The notes below the pieces were generated by a model. The model was not told the DNA's origin, did no database searches, and worked only from the letters and a program-made list of their open reading frames with translations. From Lingula anatina (lineage: Eukaryota > Animalia > Brachiopoda), in the NCBI GenBank assembly GCA_051362555.1, contig CM120640.1, positions 16,864,001-16,928,000 of the forward strand: DNA of 64,000 nucleotides. The letters run 5' to 3'. Numbering within the stretch: the stretch's first letter is position 1; each line of letters starts with the position of its first letter. Below, piece by piece: positions 1-12,026 of this stretch. The translations under genes were made by a program, and so were the position numbers.

Positions 1-1589
1 TTTCTTTCAGTAATAAGGTATAAAATAGCCGATAACACCGTCATAGTACGGCAATTGGTTTTTTTGTTATATTTTTACACCTCGACCACTAACTAAACCT
101 ATTGATTCCCAATGTGTGACCTGGGAGGCACCCCAGAACAAAAGCAGTCTTTGACTCATGTTGCAAAGTCCAAGTGAAGTTAGTACTTTGATTAGATCAT
201 TTAACACGATTTTTTTTTCAATTTGTGTGTAGGACATAAAAACGGTGTTATTTTTAGGGCTACGTCATCGTGATGTTTTCATTGTGGCATCTACACAATG
301 CTTCATATGGATATTCAGATGCTTCATTGTGTAACGTCTATCAAATCAATGTCTTTTAACAAGGATATTCATGACAAGACCATATGTCAATAACTCAGAT
401 ATTGCATTGAATAGAAATGGTTAAAATCAAACACAGAATGCTACAGGGACATTTGTTTTATTGAAAGTTTTTAAGCAAAAGGACATCCTCCCTTGGGCTT
501 CATACAAAGAGCAGCTTTATAATTTAATGATGTGACAGTGTGTTTTTCATCCGAATGAATGATGATTTAGGTGCGCCCACAGCAACACAGTAACAGATAA
601 ACACTTGTTATCTAAGGTCGTACATGATCATTGTTCGTTCTGTTTACTGCATTACATAGTACTGTAAGCTCAAAGAGAATCTGAGAACATTTCGTAAAGG
701 TACCAAGTGTTTGTTCACGATTAGGCTGGGTATCGGAAATGTAATTCCAATATGCAATGTCAAGCTGAAAGTTTTTTGTTTGAACAAGAAACCAATGATT
801 TAAAACCATTTTTGAAATTGAATATATCCAAACACTTCCAAAGCCATTGCGTTTAATTATTAGGAAATTTCTAGCTTCAAATCACAGGGTTTCGTACTCA
901 TTTAGCTTTGACAACTGGACCAACTGTAAAACACGTGTAGGGTGGCTTTAAAAATATCAAAATCACCTGTTTAGATAGCTACAGCATGTAATCATGGACA
1001 GGCTATCCTAATCCTTTGGAAGAGCCATGAGCCATTTCACAACATTTATAGATTTTTGTGTAAATCAATATAAAACATTTGATAGTCGGGGTGGCGTATA
1101 ATGAAAGTGACAGATTATTATTGCAAAAGTTGATACCGCGACACTTCAGGATGATATGTCGTAGAAGCTCATTCATTTTAAAACATAACACCTTACATTA
1201 TTGAAGCGTGATGATAATGTTGTTTGGATATTTTCCATTGTCGAAATAATTCCTTGAATGGGTGATTCATTTAAAACACGGTATTCGAAACAATTTGAGG
1301 TCGGTCAAAATTATATATAACATTATCAATTATCGCCATATCTTTATGGTCTTGGTCTGTTTGGTATTGTAGATGTTTTGGAAACTTATTTATTAATCAT
1401 TTTTATTTTAAGAGATCTGCAAATAAAAATAATTAATTCATATTTTGTTCTTTAATCGTTGCTATTTTTCTATTCAAATATGCCCCAATATGCCAAATGC
1501 CTACTTACGATGGACTATATTACGTTGTGCACAATTAAATATTATGGTGCGAGAATTTGTGAACTTAATGCTACTACTTATAATAATTC

Positions 1590-1980
1590 ATTTTTACATG
1601 ATACATTCCATTAAAATCTAAATGCGCCATACAAAATAAAGGCAAAATAACAAATTGCTTGTCAAAAGTCTAAAATTATTAATTGAAAAATTATATTCAT
1701 AATTATAATTGATTTCAAAATATTGAAGAATTAAGTGAATAATACTGTAGATCAGCTGTATCAATTACTATAAACCGATTGTAAAACGTCTTTCTAAAAT
1801 GATTAAAGTCATTGGCAGTTTTTATATCAGTAGTAAAGTATTCCCTAACTCCGTTGAATATAAAACAAAATTTTTTTTACTAAAATTTAATGTTCCGAAA
1901 GTAAATTAAGAGAAGTGGTGTCTAGTTAAACGTCCCCGTTGGTGTGAAAATCTGTGTTTTTACCACTACGAGAACTTTAT
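1590..1980 (-). mobile_element. Possible highly degenerate 3' end of a CR1/L2-like LINE
   Basis: The reverse strand reads like a decayed LINE ORF2 C-terminus/3' UTR with many stops and frameshifts. Pattern recognition only; boundaries approximate. Confidence 0.3.
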
Positions 1981-3207
1981 AAAACATAAAACTTAATAGT
2001 CTGTGGCTAACAGCCAGCCAGTGTAGTGCTTTAGTGACAGGTGCTATGTCTTCCCTCCCTGTTTATGTCATATCCGCAACTCCAATTTTCAGGGTTTTAG
2101 TACAAGCAAAATAAATTTAAGTGAATGCATTAAAATAAATCTAAACAAAGACATTAAGTTTGTGCTGGAATTTGGCCCATGGTGTGCCGCACTTTATTTT
2201 GAATAAAACCATGTGAATTTATCTAAAAGAACATAACTACAAATAACAGTACATGTACCAGTATTTCAACACAACAACAAACGATGGAGTATTGATTTGT
2301 GGGGTTGCAATAGCCCCTATACATAGTTGTTCTTCACCACATTCACTTCTTAACGCTTGCTCTAAAATATAAGCGAATCTAAGGCTGTACAAATTACAGT
2401 GCTGAGTGTTACCGAAGTAAATAGGCTGTGTCTTCCCGACCGCCACTTTTGTTTATTTTATGGAACTAGCTCGCTCACCTGGCTGTCGAGTTTTGGATTT
2501 GTTTAACGCACATGGCGTTTTAATTGCTGTGAATAAACTATCCCTTCGTGCCAGGGGGTTATTACATGCATTTTGAATTATGACTCACTGCTCAAAAGGT
2601 CCAGTTTTATAGGAAGTCAAAATATATGCCTTATATCCATTTTGTTGGTTTAATCTATTTAAGAAAGCATTCAGTAGTCGTGGGTTGGCTTGTCAAGGAG
2701 ATTTTTTTAAACAACTGAGCAAATTATTTCCTGTTCTTTCTGTTTAACATCAATATGAATCCCAGACGTGCAAACATTAGATATCATGAATATTATAAAA
2801 CTAGAATATGGCTTAAGCGGCCTACCTTTTCTGTATTTTTAATTGACGGTTTGTAAATTGTTGCCCATTCGCACATATTCACATTAAGCGAAAGTATGCA
2901 CAGTACCATCGCACTACAGGGCATTCACAACATAATACACATCATTATATACCGATTCATTATCCATTATAGTTCAATGCGCGTCTCCGTTTGCCTTGAA
3001 TCAAATGCCTGACACGGCGAATAATGCCTCATCAAATTATTTATGATGAATAAATATACAAAGATGGATGAACAAAGCGTAGCATGGGTGCACGAAACGG
3101 GAAAATCTACGTATGGAATGATATTGATTATCAAGAATAATGCAATAAGCAAGTAAAGGCTATTATATAACTCTCTGGTCTGGCATTTTGTTGAACAGTG
3201 TGTGTAC

Positions 3208-3254
<47 letters not shown>
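3208..3254. repeat. (AAT)n microsatellite
   Basis: Direct reading: about 15 AAT units followed by a few AAC units. Confidence 0.95.
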
Positions 3255-3259
<5 letters not shown>

Positions 3260-3519
3260 TAATAACAACAACAGTAATGACAAGTAAAACTATGATATTG
3301 ACTGGTGAAACCGGTGTATCTTTATTCTATTTTCATTATTTTGTAAAGTTTAAATGTGATGAAATCTAAAAATTATTTTCTATAATTAAACAAAGCATTG
3401 TTTAGTAACATCGGAAATTTTCAATATCTGTAACTTATATTTCAATCTTACTTTTTTCTCAAGGGCAGATTTGAAATTAAAAATTTAAGTTTTGTCTTAC
3501 CTCTAAATAAACTTTACAG

Positions 3520-4943
3520 GATGCGTTCCTGCGAATGGTGGAACTATTATACGAGCAGGAGAGCGCGATGATGCTCAAATTTATCGAAGAGAGCCGAGAT
3601 GAAATGCACGAGACGGCCACAGAGATACAGGAAGATCAAGAAAGGTTACGCGCACAGTCGCGAGCAGGTCAGTATTTCATTCAAGGAGTCTTATAGACTA
3701 AGAATTATTATCTAATAGACCACAAAACTGAATAAACGTCGTGATTTTAAAAGACGTACCTATTTAAGGCCGCGTTCAGACTGGTTTAACAACACTAGTT
3801 TCAGTTTTAACTTCAGGAGGCAAATATTTTATAACACCCCTTCTCTTGCAATCTCACCCGCCGTTTATTAAACCGTCCACTTCAATCAGTGGTTATAGAA
3901 GTATTGCACAGGGTTCCAATCAAGCGCCTGCTTCTTAAAATAAAGAACCAAAGTACAACTGAACATATTTTCAAGCCTTTTCAATCATATTTTTTATTAA
4001 TTGTTCGCATGAAAGAATTTGATAAAAAAGATATTTTAATCATTTCAGCAACGGCAAGGGTGCAATCTTCGCATGATCGTAAAGCAGTAAAGTCCTACCT
4101 CAAGCAAAGAGATGGCCAAGTGGACATTTTGTCCAATCTGGACTCTTTCGATGACGGGTTTGACGAGTATCGCACAGGGAGCAGTGGGGGCTATAGGAGT
4201 GCCAGCAGCGGGTACCGGTCTGGCTCCAGAGGGCACAGAAGGACCCAAACCGAGGAGCCCCAATATTCTACTGAATACCAAAAACGCAAAGCAAAACAAG
4301 TCAATCTCACTTCCTCTGGCGGTTTCTACGAGGTCGGCCCGCGGCGAAGTAAATCTCCCGCCCCTAATATACATTTGCCAGGTCGCGGTGGACAACAAGA
4401 GAAAAACAAACTTTTCACACCTCCCCCCAAGACGCCTAGCAGAGACATCTTGACAAGTGCTTCAAGTATCCATAGAGTGCCATCAGCTACAGATATAGAA
4501 AAAGTATGTTAAACATAAAACGGCCATAGAATTTTAATTGCCTCGGCATACACTCTTCTGGAAAGGATTAACAATTAGAAAACAAATAAATAAAAATGAA
4601 TGAATTGATTAAAATAGATTTAGAAAATGAATTTTTAAATATAATAAAACGTTAATAACAGATTGCAATATATCCAACCTAAGCTTGGTAAAGAGGGATC
4701 TAATATGTTTTGTTATTTTCTCTTTCCAGGAGAAAGATGAATTGTTCCGTAGTCTCCTTGGTGCTGACGCAAAATTAGAATCTGAACGGGAGAGGCAGGC
4801 TTCTCTCGTCCAGAAGATAAAAGAGAAGAAAAAGGCAAAGAAAATTGAAAAAGCAGAGATAGTTAACGAATTGCTAGAGCAAGCATTGGTGCATCAAGAA
4901 AAGTGAGTTTCTCTTCTCCCCTTCTTTATTAGCTCTCTCTCTG

Positions 4944-4995
<52 letters not shown>

Positions 4996-6005
4996 GCCCA
5001 CGCGCGACGATGCAGATTTAAAATGTAGAAATGAATGAACTAGTTGTATGAAAATTGCTTCCTGCAAAGGGATATAACAATGAAAAACTTTCTATTTTGC
5101 CACTTTATTTCAGACACAAGAAAGACCGTGAAAGTCAGGAAAATAAATTCAAAGAGAGACTTTTGGAGAAAAAGAAGCGACGGGAAAAGTCAGCGCTTGA
5201 AGATGACGAGGTGGAAGATGCAGAGACTGAAAAGCAAAGAAAGAAAGAGAAGAAAAAGTTGGAAAGATTGGATTCAGTTGAAGTCATAGACTTAGATCAG
5301 GATGAAACGAGAAAGAAAAAGAAAAACGATAAATCCGTAGCTATACCAGAGGAGGAGGAAGGAGAAAGGAAAAAGAAAAAGAACAAAAAAGTAGAAGCAA
5401 ACGCGTGGGAAGAAGAGGAGGAAGATAAAAAGAGCAAAAAGAAAAAGGACAAGAGAGAAAACAATGAAAATGAAGAAATTAATGGAAAAGATGATAAAAA
5501 GAAAAAGGACAAGAAAATGGAAACAAACGCATGGGAAGATGATACTAAAAAGAGTAAAAAGAAACAAGACAAGAAAGTACAAGATGAAAACGAATACTTA
5601 AAAGAAAAAGATAAAAAGAAAAAAGATAAAAACCAAGTGGATCCAATTGAAATAGACAGTGACACTGAATCAAAAGAGAAAAGGAAAAAAAGAAAAGAAA
5701 AAGAAAGACGAGAGGCAGAAGAAGCAGAAGAGCGACAAAAACAGAAAGAAAAGAATAAGAAAAAGGAAAAATACCAGGACGAGATAATAGACCTAGAGGA
5801 CGACGAGGAAGATAGAAAGAAAGATAAGAAGAAAAGAACGAAACCAAAAGATGAAGAAATTATAGAAGTTGAGGATGAAGTTGTGGAAAAGGACAAGAAA
5901 AAGAAAAAGAAAGACAAAAACAAAAATGACGAGGTTATAATTGATATAGGGGATGAAGACACGGTAAAAGAAAAGAAGAAGAAAAAGAAAATATTAGGTT
6001 TTTAG
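3520..6005 (+). CDS. 3' part of a gene for an uncharacterised Lys/Glu/Asp-rich low-complexity coiled-coil protein (5' exons not identified)
   Basis: Four GT-AG exons with compatible phases: 3520-3667 (DAFLRMVELLYEQE...), 4049-4503 (ATARVQSS...DIEK), 4730-4902 (EKDELFRS...HQE) and 5114-6005 (HKKDRESQ...KILGF*). They match ORFs 3889-4512, 4685-4906 and 5055-6005 once the intronic N-termini are trimmed. Confidence 0.85.
4934..4994. repeat. (CT)n(CA)n compound microsatellite, intronic
   Basis: Direct reading. Confidence 0.9.
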
Positions 6006-6642
6006 GCTATTATCTAATTAAGGAATTCTAGGGTAAGCGGAGAAAACTTGGGTCGAATTATTGAAACGAGTAGATCACCCATCTGTTTCGGGTTGATATC
6101 TGTCCATAGCAACGCCGAAGTTTGTCTATCAAGGCGCATTGCATTGTGATTATATTCTTTTAGTACCTCTCTCAGAAAACTTCTTTTCTTCATATATAAT
6201 TTTTTGAAGGTAAAGGAGAAGTAAACATTGGACCAAAGGAAATATCATTTCTTTACGAAACGTTCGCGAACGTACACGTAGGTGCATTTTTGATAATGTG
6301 TGCGCAGTGAGATTGGTAATGAGTACCAAGGTTTTTAGGTTTAGGTAGCCTTGAAAAGCCATCCATTTGTATCTCTGTGTAAGATGATGATCACCAAACT
6401 GCCGTGCCTTACAAAATAAGAATTTAGCTATAATAGCATTAGTTTTTGTGGTAAACGCTGATCATTTAAAAAATTTCCCTAAATGTTTGTAAAGTAGCTA
6501 TAGTTAAACTGGTGCTTTTCTAGTGGATCCGTCCAGCTTACATTAACATTGTAAAATATATAATGAACTGCCGATCGATTACATTTTAAGTCACACAGCA
6601 GCCATCCCAATATGTTTAACAGGTATTTTAAAATATACTTAA

Positions 6643-7022
6643 AGGTGATTTTTTTTCAATGAATGCATATTTAAAGGAGCGTGGCCGATAATTTCGCATT
6701 TTGAATTTTTGGTACAAAGTAGCGAGTCATGTTTTAGAAGATCGACGTTTTGAAGGTTTTAGACCAAAAAATAGCATGTTAAGTTTACCAAGGAAACCCT
6801 AGTTAGTGACATATTATCGTTTTTATTTATACACTCTTAACAGCTATATATCCTTGCAATAAGGGCATTGAAAAATGAATGTTTCAGCATCCCCATGTAA
6901 GTTATCAGATACGTTGTATAGATGTCAAGTGACAGAAAAAAAAAACGTGAAGAATATCTGTGATAATATTCTTTGTACTGATAAACAAAATTAACTGATT
7001 AAATATGTGTAAACTGTCACCT
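6643..7022. mobile_element. Possible Kolobok-like MITE
   Basis: TTAA|AGGTGA ... TCACCT|TTAA, but only 6 bp of terminal inverted repeat (TIR) match. Confidence 0.3.
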
Positions 7023-7369
7023 TTAATGTTGTATAACAGAAAGAAAATAAAACAAAATTATATCATACTTGTTAATAATAATTTTTATTTTTACAATTTG
7101 CAATAGTTTTCAAGGGTGTAAGTTGGTCACGTGTGAGTGCACGTGAGTGTGTTCGTGTTTTCGTACTAAATACACTGCATTTGTTAAGAACCTGAATATA
7201 CTACTACATTTCTTCAAACCAAAAAGACAGTCTTTCTCAAGATATTTTCTGATCATTAATAATTATTTTAATATTACACTTAAAAACTGGCTGTTTTATC
7301 TTGTTTTAAAAGTAAACGAAAAAAAGATTCACAAATAAGGGTAAAAAAAAAAAAAAAGCACCATCATAA

Positions 7370-10300
7370 TCAACTTAATGTGTTGACATCAACTGCAAAA
7401 AGTTTAAGCATGTCATTTTCTAAAGGGTGCAAGTGTCCAGCTATCACTAAAGAATGAAGTGGTCCTCCAAAGTCCACTGTGGTCATTTGCTTTAGGGTCC
7501 CTGAGACTATTTGCTGTGTGTCTGACCCCACCCTGGCCACTCCAACACAAACTGTGTCCTCTGTCAATTCTGAAGAACAATTATACATATTAATAGATAC
7601 ATATATTTCAACTTTAGTATAGAATTTCACAGGCACACACATATGCACATACTAGTACCTAATGTGTTTTCATTGAGATATTTGGAATTAAAAAAAAATA
7701 ATATGAACATCATGGTTTTATGCATTTTAGGAAGCTGTTAATCTAAAACTCCATGATTGAATATAAAATGTTCCTTACACATTTCTGTTACATATAAAGT
7801 AAAGATTAAACATTTTCTTATCAAAAAAATCCCAATTATGTATAAATCAGGCAACTTAAGCACTCTTTCTCAGATAATATTCAAGATAATATATGAAAAA
7901 TAAAATTCAGTTTGAAGCAACTTACCTAGTTCTTGGTCCCCCTCTTGTTTTTTCTTTTCAATAATTTCTAGAAGTTGTTCTGCTGCTTGATTAACTGTCA
8001 TATACCTTGGTGGCTCAAAGATTTTTCTGCCCCTTAAATTAAAAAATCTGTTTAATGCATTTCTAAAAAGCAGTTGGGTGTCACTTCAATTTAACAGCTA
8101 TGTGTAAAGCATTAAAAGATATAAAGAAGTAGCCTTCTTTGTTGTGAATATACATTTTGTAATGAGGATAAGCGGTTAAATATTAATCTTTACCTCATCA
8201 AATTTTCAATAGACTGCTCCTTGACTTTAATATCTGAAAAACAAAATCAATAAAAATGTTTAAACTGTCTTTTGAAACCTTTCAAATACATATTTAATAA
8301 ACATTTCTTAAAGGTACATACGAACCGAGCATCGGTGGAGGGTGGATTCCCAGTAACACATGTAAACCACTTCTACTAGATTCTTATATGACTCAAATAA
8401 ATTCGACATGCCAAGGGATAAACTGAATAGATCACTCGATCAGCCATAAAAGACCTTTAGACTGCTCCTTTCTTTAAATTTATGGTTGTAAATTTAACCT
8501 ACTTTCGTGACCTACTTTCCTGCCCCATTGACATACAGCTTAGAATGCCAGCAGAAAAATCAGTTCAAACATCATTTTCGGGTAAAATTAAACAATGCCT
8601 TTTGGTAATTCTCTTAGTTATACTACTTGAAACTATATGCTGGCATTTGGTTGATTTTTGTCACAAAAAATTGACTTTGTATGCATCTTTAACTATTACA
8701 GAAAAACTCATTAGTTGTCAAAAAACACAAAAGCCGTTAAAAATTTTATCACATGGTAAAAGAAAAAAAATCAACTTCAAATGTTATTTTTGATAAATAA
8801 AATGCATTACTTTCAGTCATAAAATCCCATTTTAAGATGTCATATGTTTAAACACAATAATGAAAACAGCAAGTGGTCCATTTATAGGCATGTAAAATAT
8901 GCATTCACAATAGCTGTTATATAATATCATACCTAAGAGACAAAGAGTGTGCATGCCTCCTTTCTTATTGTTGGCAATCTTGTCATAAAAACTGTCTGGT
9001 CTCCAATCTTCTGTCCAGAAAACAATGGACACAGTTTCTCCAAAATTATAAAGCTGAAAAATAATTTCTGTAAGCTTACATAAAATTATCTTATGCATGT
9101 TTGAAATAACTTATAAAAGTAAAATCATGAATGATGATCAAGTAAGTAAAGTCATGAATTGTGTCAGCTGGGAGAGAAAAACATCTTTGGCCTGAGGAGA
9201 GGTGCAAACTTCAATATAATGGTACATGTTTTTTTGTACTTCACATACTGATTAAGAACAAACTCTGGCAACTGTGTGGTGTCTTCTGTAGGTAACAATA
9301 CACATGCAACAATCATTTGTTTTTCAAAGTCATGACAAATTTAATCCATAGCATAATTATCTTGGTATGTATATTGTCTATCCAAAAACATAATTTAACA
9401 TTTTAAGTTGTTCTGCATATGTTGTTGCACAACATCTGTATTGGCTCTTTTGTAAATTTCTGTTCAAAATGTCCAACCCTTTTACAAATTGATTTCTCAA
9501 ACAAGACTGTGCAAAGTACTGTACATGCAATGTATAGCAGTTGGTTGCAAAAGACCAAAATAACTGGATTGGCTTCTAAAAAAATCCACTTTCACCACTG
9601 TCCCCAAAATATGTATATGTAAATGTTTTTCTTACCTGTAGTCCACAGCATCCAATAGCATTCATTATGGAAGCATTGTGAATCACTCTATATGCTATCC
9701 CCTTTTCCTTTGCCCGGAGCACCAAGTCTGTGTGAGTGGTGGCACTGAAATGAAATAAATTTGCTGCCTTTATTAGAGAATACAGAAAACAAATGACATA
9801 TATGTTACCTTTATATGTCTGTTTAGTATTTGCTTTCATAAAGTGGAGATAAAAAGAACCAAAACTCACCCAAATGGGTCCCCAACTACTAAAAAGGCTA
9901 TATCTTCTGTCTCTGAATCTTTGAAAATTTCATCTGCAAAATGGTAACACTTTATACAATGTGTGAGCTCATTTTAAATTGATTAAAAATCTTTTAAGGA
10001 CATTTCACTGTATTTTTCTTATTCTTGATATCCATTTTCACTACAAAACTTAGGCTTCATTCACATGGAATGTCTATTTTCTAAAAATCTATTTTCTATT
10101 CGCGGTATGTCTTATGATCACGGTCTGTGCCCTGAATATCCCGCGGCGTAATTACTGGCAGCGCGAGCCAGTTACTATAAGTTACTATAAGTAACTGGCT
10201 CGCGCTGCCAGTAATTACGCGGCGGGATATTCAGGGCACAGACCGTGATCATAAGATAGCGCGAATAGAAAATAGATTTTTAGAAAATAGACATTCCATG

Positions 10301-11679
10301 TGAACGAAGCCTTATTTTCATTTCTATTCATTCCAATTTATTTTATAGCAATCATGGTGATGTGAAATTGCTTCTATCTGTAAATTGTACTCTTTTATAT
10401 TTTGGAAAATTAAGAACTGAAAATGTTTTACTGAGGTGAAATGATGTTATGCCAATTATCAGTATGATGAAATGTCTGCCCTGACCTCTCAGCATTGTTT
10501 TGTTTTGTTGGTAGAAATTAAAAACCCGACAGTAGACCCACATAACTCATATCTGGGTGTGACTGAATTGCCCAATACACTGCAATACAGTGCAACACAG
10601 CACAATACACTTGATAACACAAGTCCAGTTGCAAGTAAACACAGGAAAGGATAATCTCAAATAAAATAGGGTGATATAAAAGCAAAATATAGTAAATAGT
10701 AATTATTATTGCTGATACAACTTGACAATTTTTTCATTGTTTGGTCAGCCGCCATGTTGGCGAGTAGCTCTTCTTGGCCAGTAATATATCCAAGAAGAAC
10801 CACTCGCCAACATGGCTGCCAACCAGACAATATAAAAGTCTTGCTGATTTGTTAAGTTATATCAATGATATTACTTACCTAGTAATATAGGTTGTTTTTA
10901 TATCGCCCTACTTTGCTGGGAATGGTCACTTCTTTTGTGTAATTGCAACTGGATTTGATTTTTGAAGTGTATTGCACTGTGTTGCCCTGTATTGCAGTGT
11001 ATTGCGCAATTCAGTCACACCGCTCATATCTCCCTTGCAACAAGCTTTCTTTCTTGTTACTTACCAGACTGTTGCTCAACCATCTCTCTATCAGCCAGTA
11101 TAATCTCTCTTCCGTAAAATTTCTCCTATTTTCAGAAATAATATTTCCTTGATGTCATTATGGGTGTCATTATTGCTAACTTAGAGACAGACTACACTTT
11201 AGCATCGGGATTATGTAAGATTATTTTTATGATCTAGAACCCAAATACGATCTCAAGGGGGTTTACTATGCTTAACAGGAGATCTATATTGGTCCATTTC
11301 GCTCCATTTCTATCCATTTCTACATTTTAAAGGACCGTTTAGCATCTGCTTCATTTAACTGTTTAACTACATACTGCCACATGCAAAATCACGTGAATGT
11401 TGGTATGTTGGTTTTGTGTTCCTGACATGTTTATCTTGAAATTTTAAAGACATGAAGACTATGGAGGATAAAGAACAATGACAAATTTACATTGACATGT
11501 ATGATTATGAGTAAATTAAGGCCGGTAAATTAATATCCACCTACCAATTCATTTTTTCCAATTGTCAGAATGGAAGTGTAGGCTTCAAGATAAACTCGAC
11601 GTGCCTTTCGAACAATTTCCAAACCCTTTACAGTAATATCTTTTGCATCACCCAATCCTAACCCAACTAAATAAAACAT
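7370..11679 (-). CDS. DPH5: Diphthine methyl ester synthase (278 aa, 8 coding exons)
   Basis: Exons 11679-11545, 11125-11065, 9933-9870, 9744-9636, 9053-8933, 8233-8194, 8032-7926, 7569-7370; all GT-AG; 837 nt in frame. Diagnostic peptides: [88 protein letters not shown]. Confidence 0.97.
8312..8688. mobile_element. Kolobok-like non-autonomous DNA transposon in DPH5 intron 5
   Basis: TTAA|AGGTACATAC ... GTATGCATCT|TTAA. An older related copy lies at about 25800-26127 (shared tcgacatg..caagggataaac, ctcgatca, ctttaaattt, ttgaaact, ttgactt..atgcatct). Confidence 0.7.
10053..10311. mobile_element. PIF/Harbinger-type palindromic MITE (family H1), DPH5 intron 2
   Basis: Near-perfect inverted arms of about 120 bp, GGCTTCATTCACATGG...CCATGTGAACGAAGCC; TTA direct repeat on both sides; near-identical copy at 47389-47648. 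Confidence 0.92.
10555..11022. mobile_element. MULE/Mutator-like foldback element, DPH5 intron 2
   Basis: Long imperfect TIRs (GGTGTGACTGAATTGC...GCAATTCAGTCACACC) reaching a central hairpin near 10750-10815; exact 9-bp TSD CTCATATCT at 10546-10554 and 11023-11031. Confidence 0.88.
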
Positions 11680-12026
11680 ATCGTTGCCAACGATCCTGTC
11701 TACGAGAACCACATGTATTCTTTTTTAAAAGGAGGTAAGTAATATATATAAGATCATATAGCAAGTAAAAAGTTGTAAAATATTAAAAACATTAATTTGA
11801 GATTTTTGTAATGTATATTCTATCTTAATAGCATAAAGATTACGAAAAAAATAAGAAAATTAATACAAAAAATGATAATAACTATTTATATTGATACAAA
11901 AGTTATATATTGTAATATACAAAAAGCAGTTACTATTTCATGCAGATATTTTCGCGTGCGTTTTACATTATATCAACATTGTCGCAAGAGGCTCCCGAAT
12001 ATTCTTTATTTCCCGAGTAATTTGAA
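11680..12026. promoter_or_regulatory. Bidirectional promoter region between DPH5 and UBE3C
   Basis: Divergent ATGs only 347 bp apart; short CpG-containing patch near 11950-12000. Transcription start sites cannot be determined from sequence. Confidence 0.7.

Noticed and set aside
3889-4048. N-terminal part of ORF 3889-4512
   Set aside because: Intronic: it lies before the acceptor at 4048, which is phase-compatible with the upstream exon.
5292-5962. Minus-strand F/S/L-rich ORFs (96-221 aa)
   Set aside because: Antisense shadows of the purine-rich K/E exon.
9131-9251. Possible C/D-box snoRNA in a DPH5 intron (ATGATGA...CTGA)
   Set aside because: No convincing terminal stem or recognisable rRNA guide; such motifs are expected by chance.
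11680-11712. GTG-initiated extension of DPH5
   Set aside because: The ATG at 11679 matches the conserved DPH5 N-terminus.
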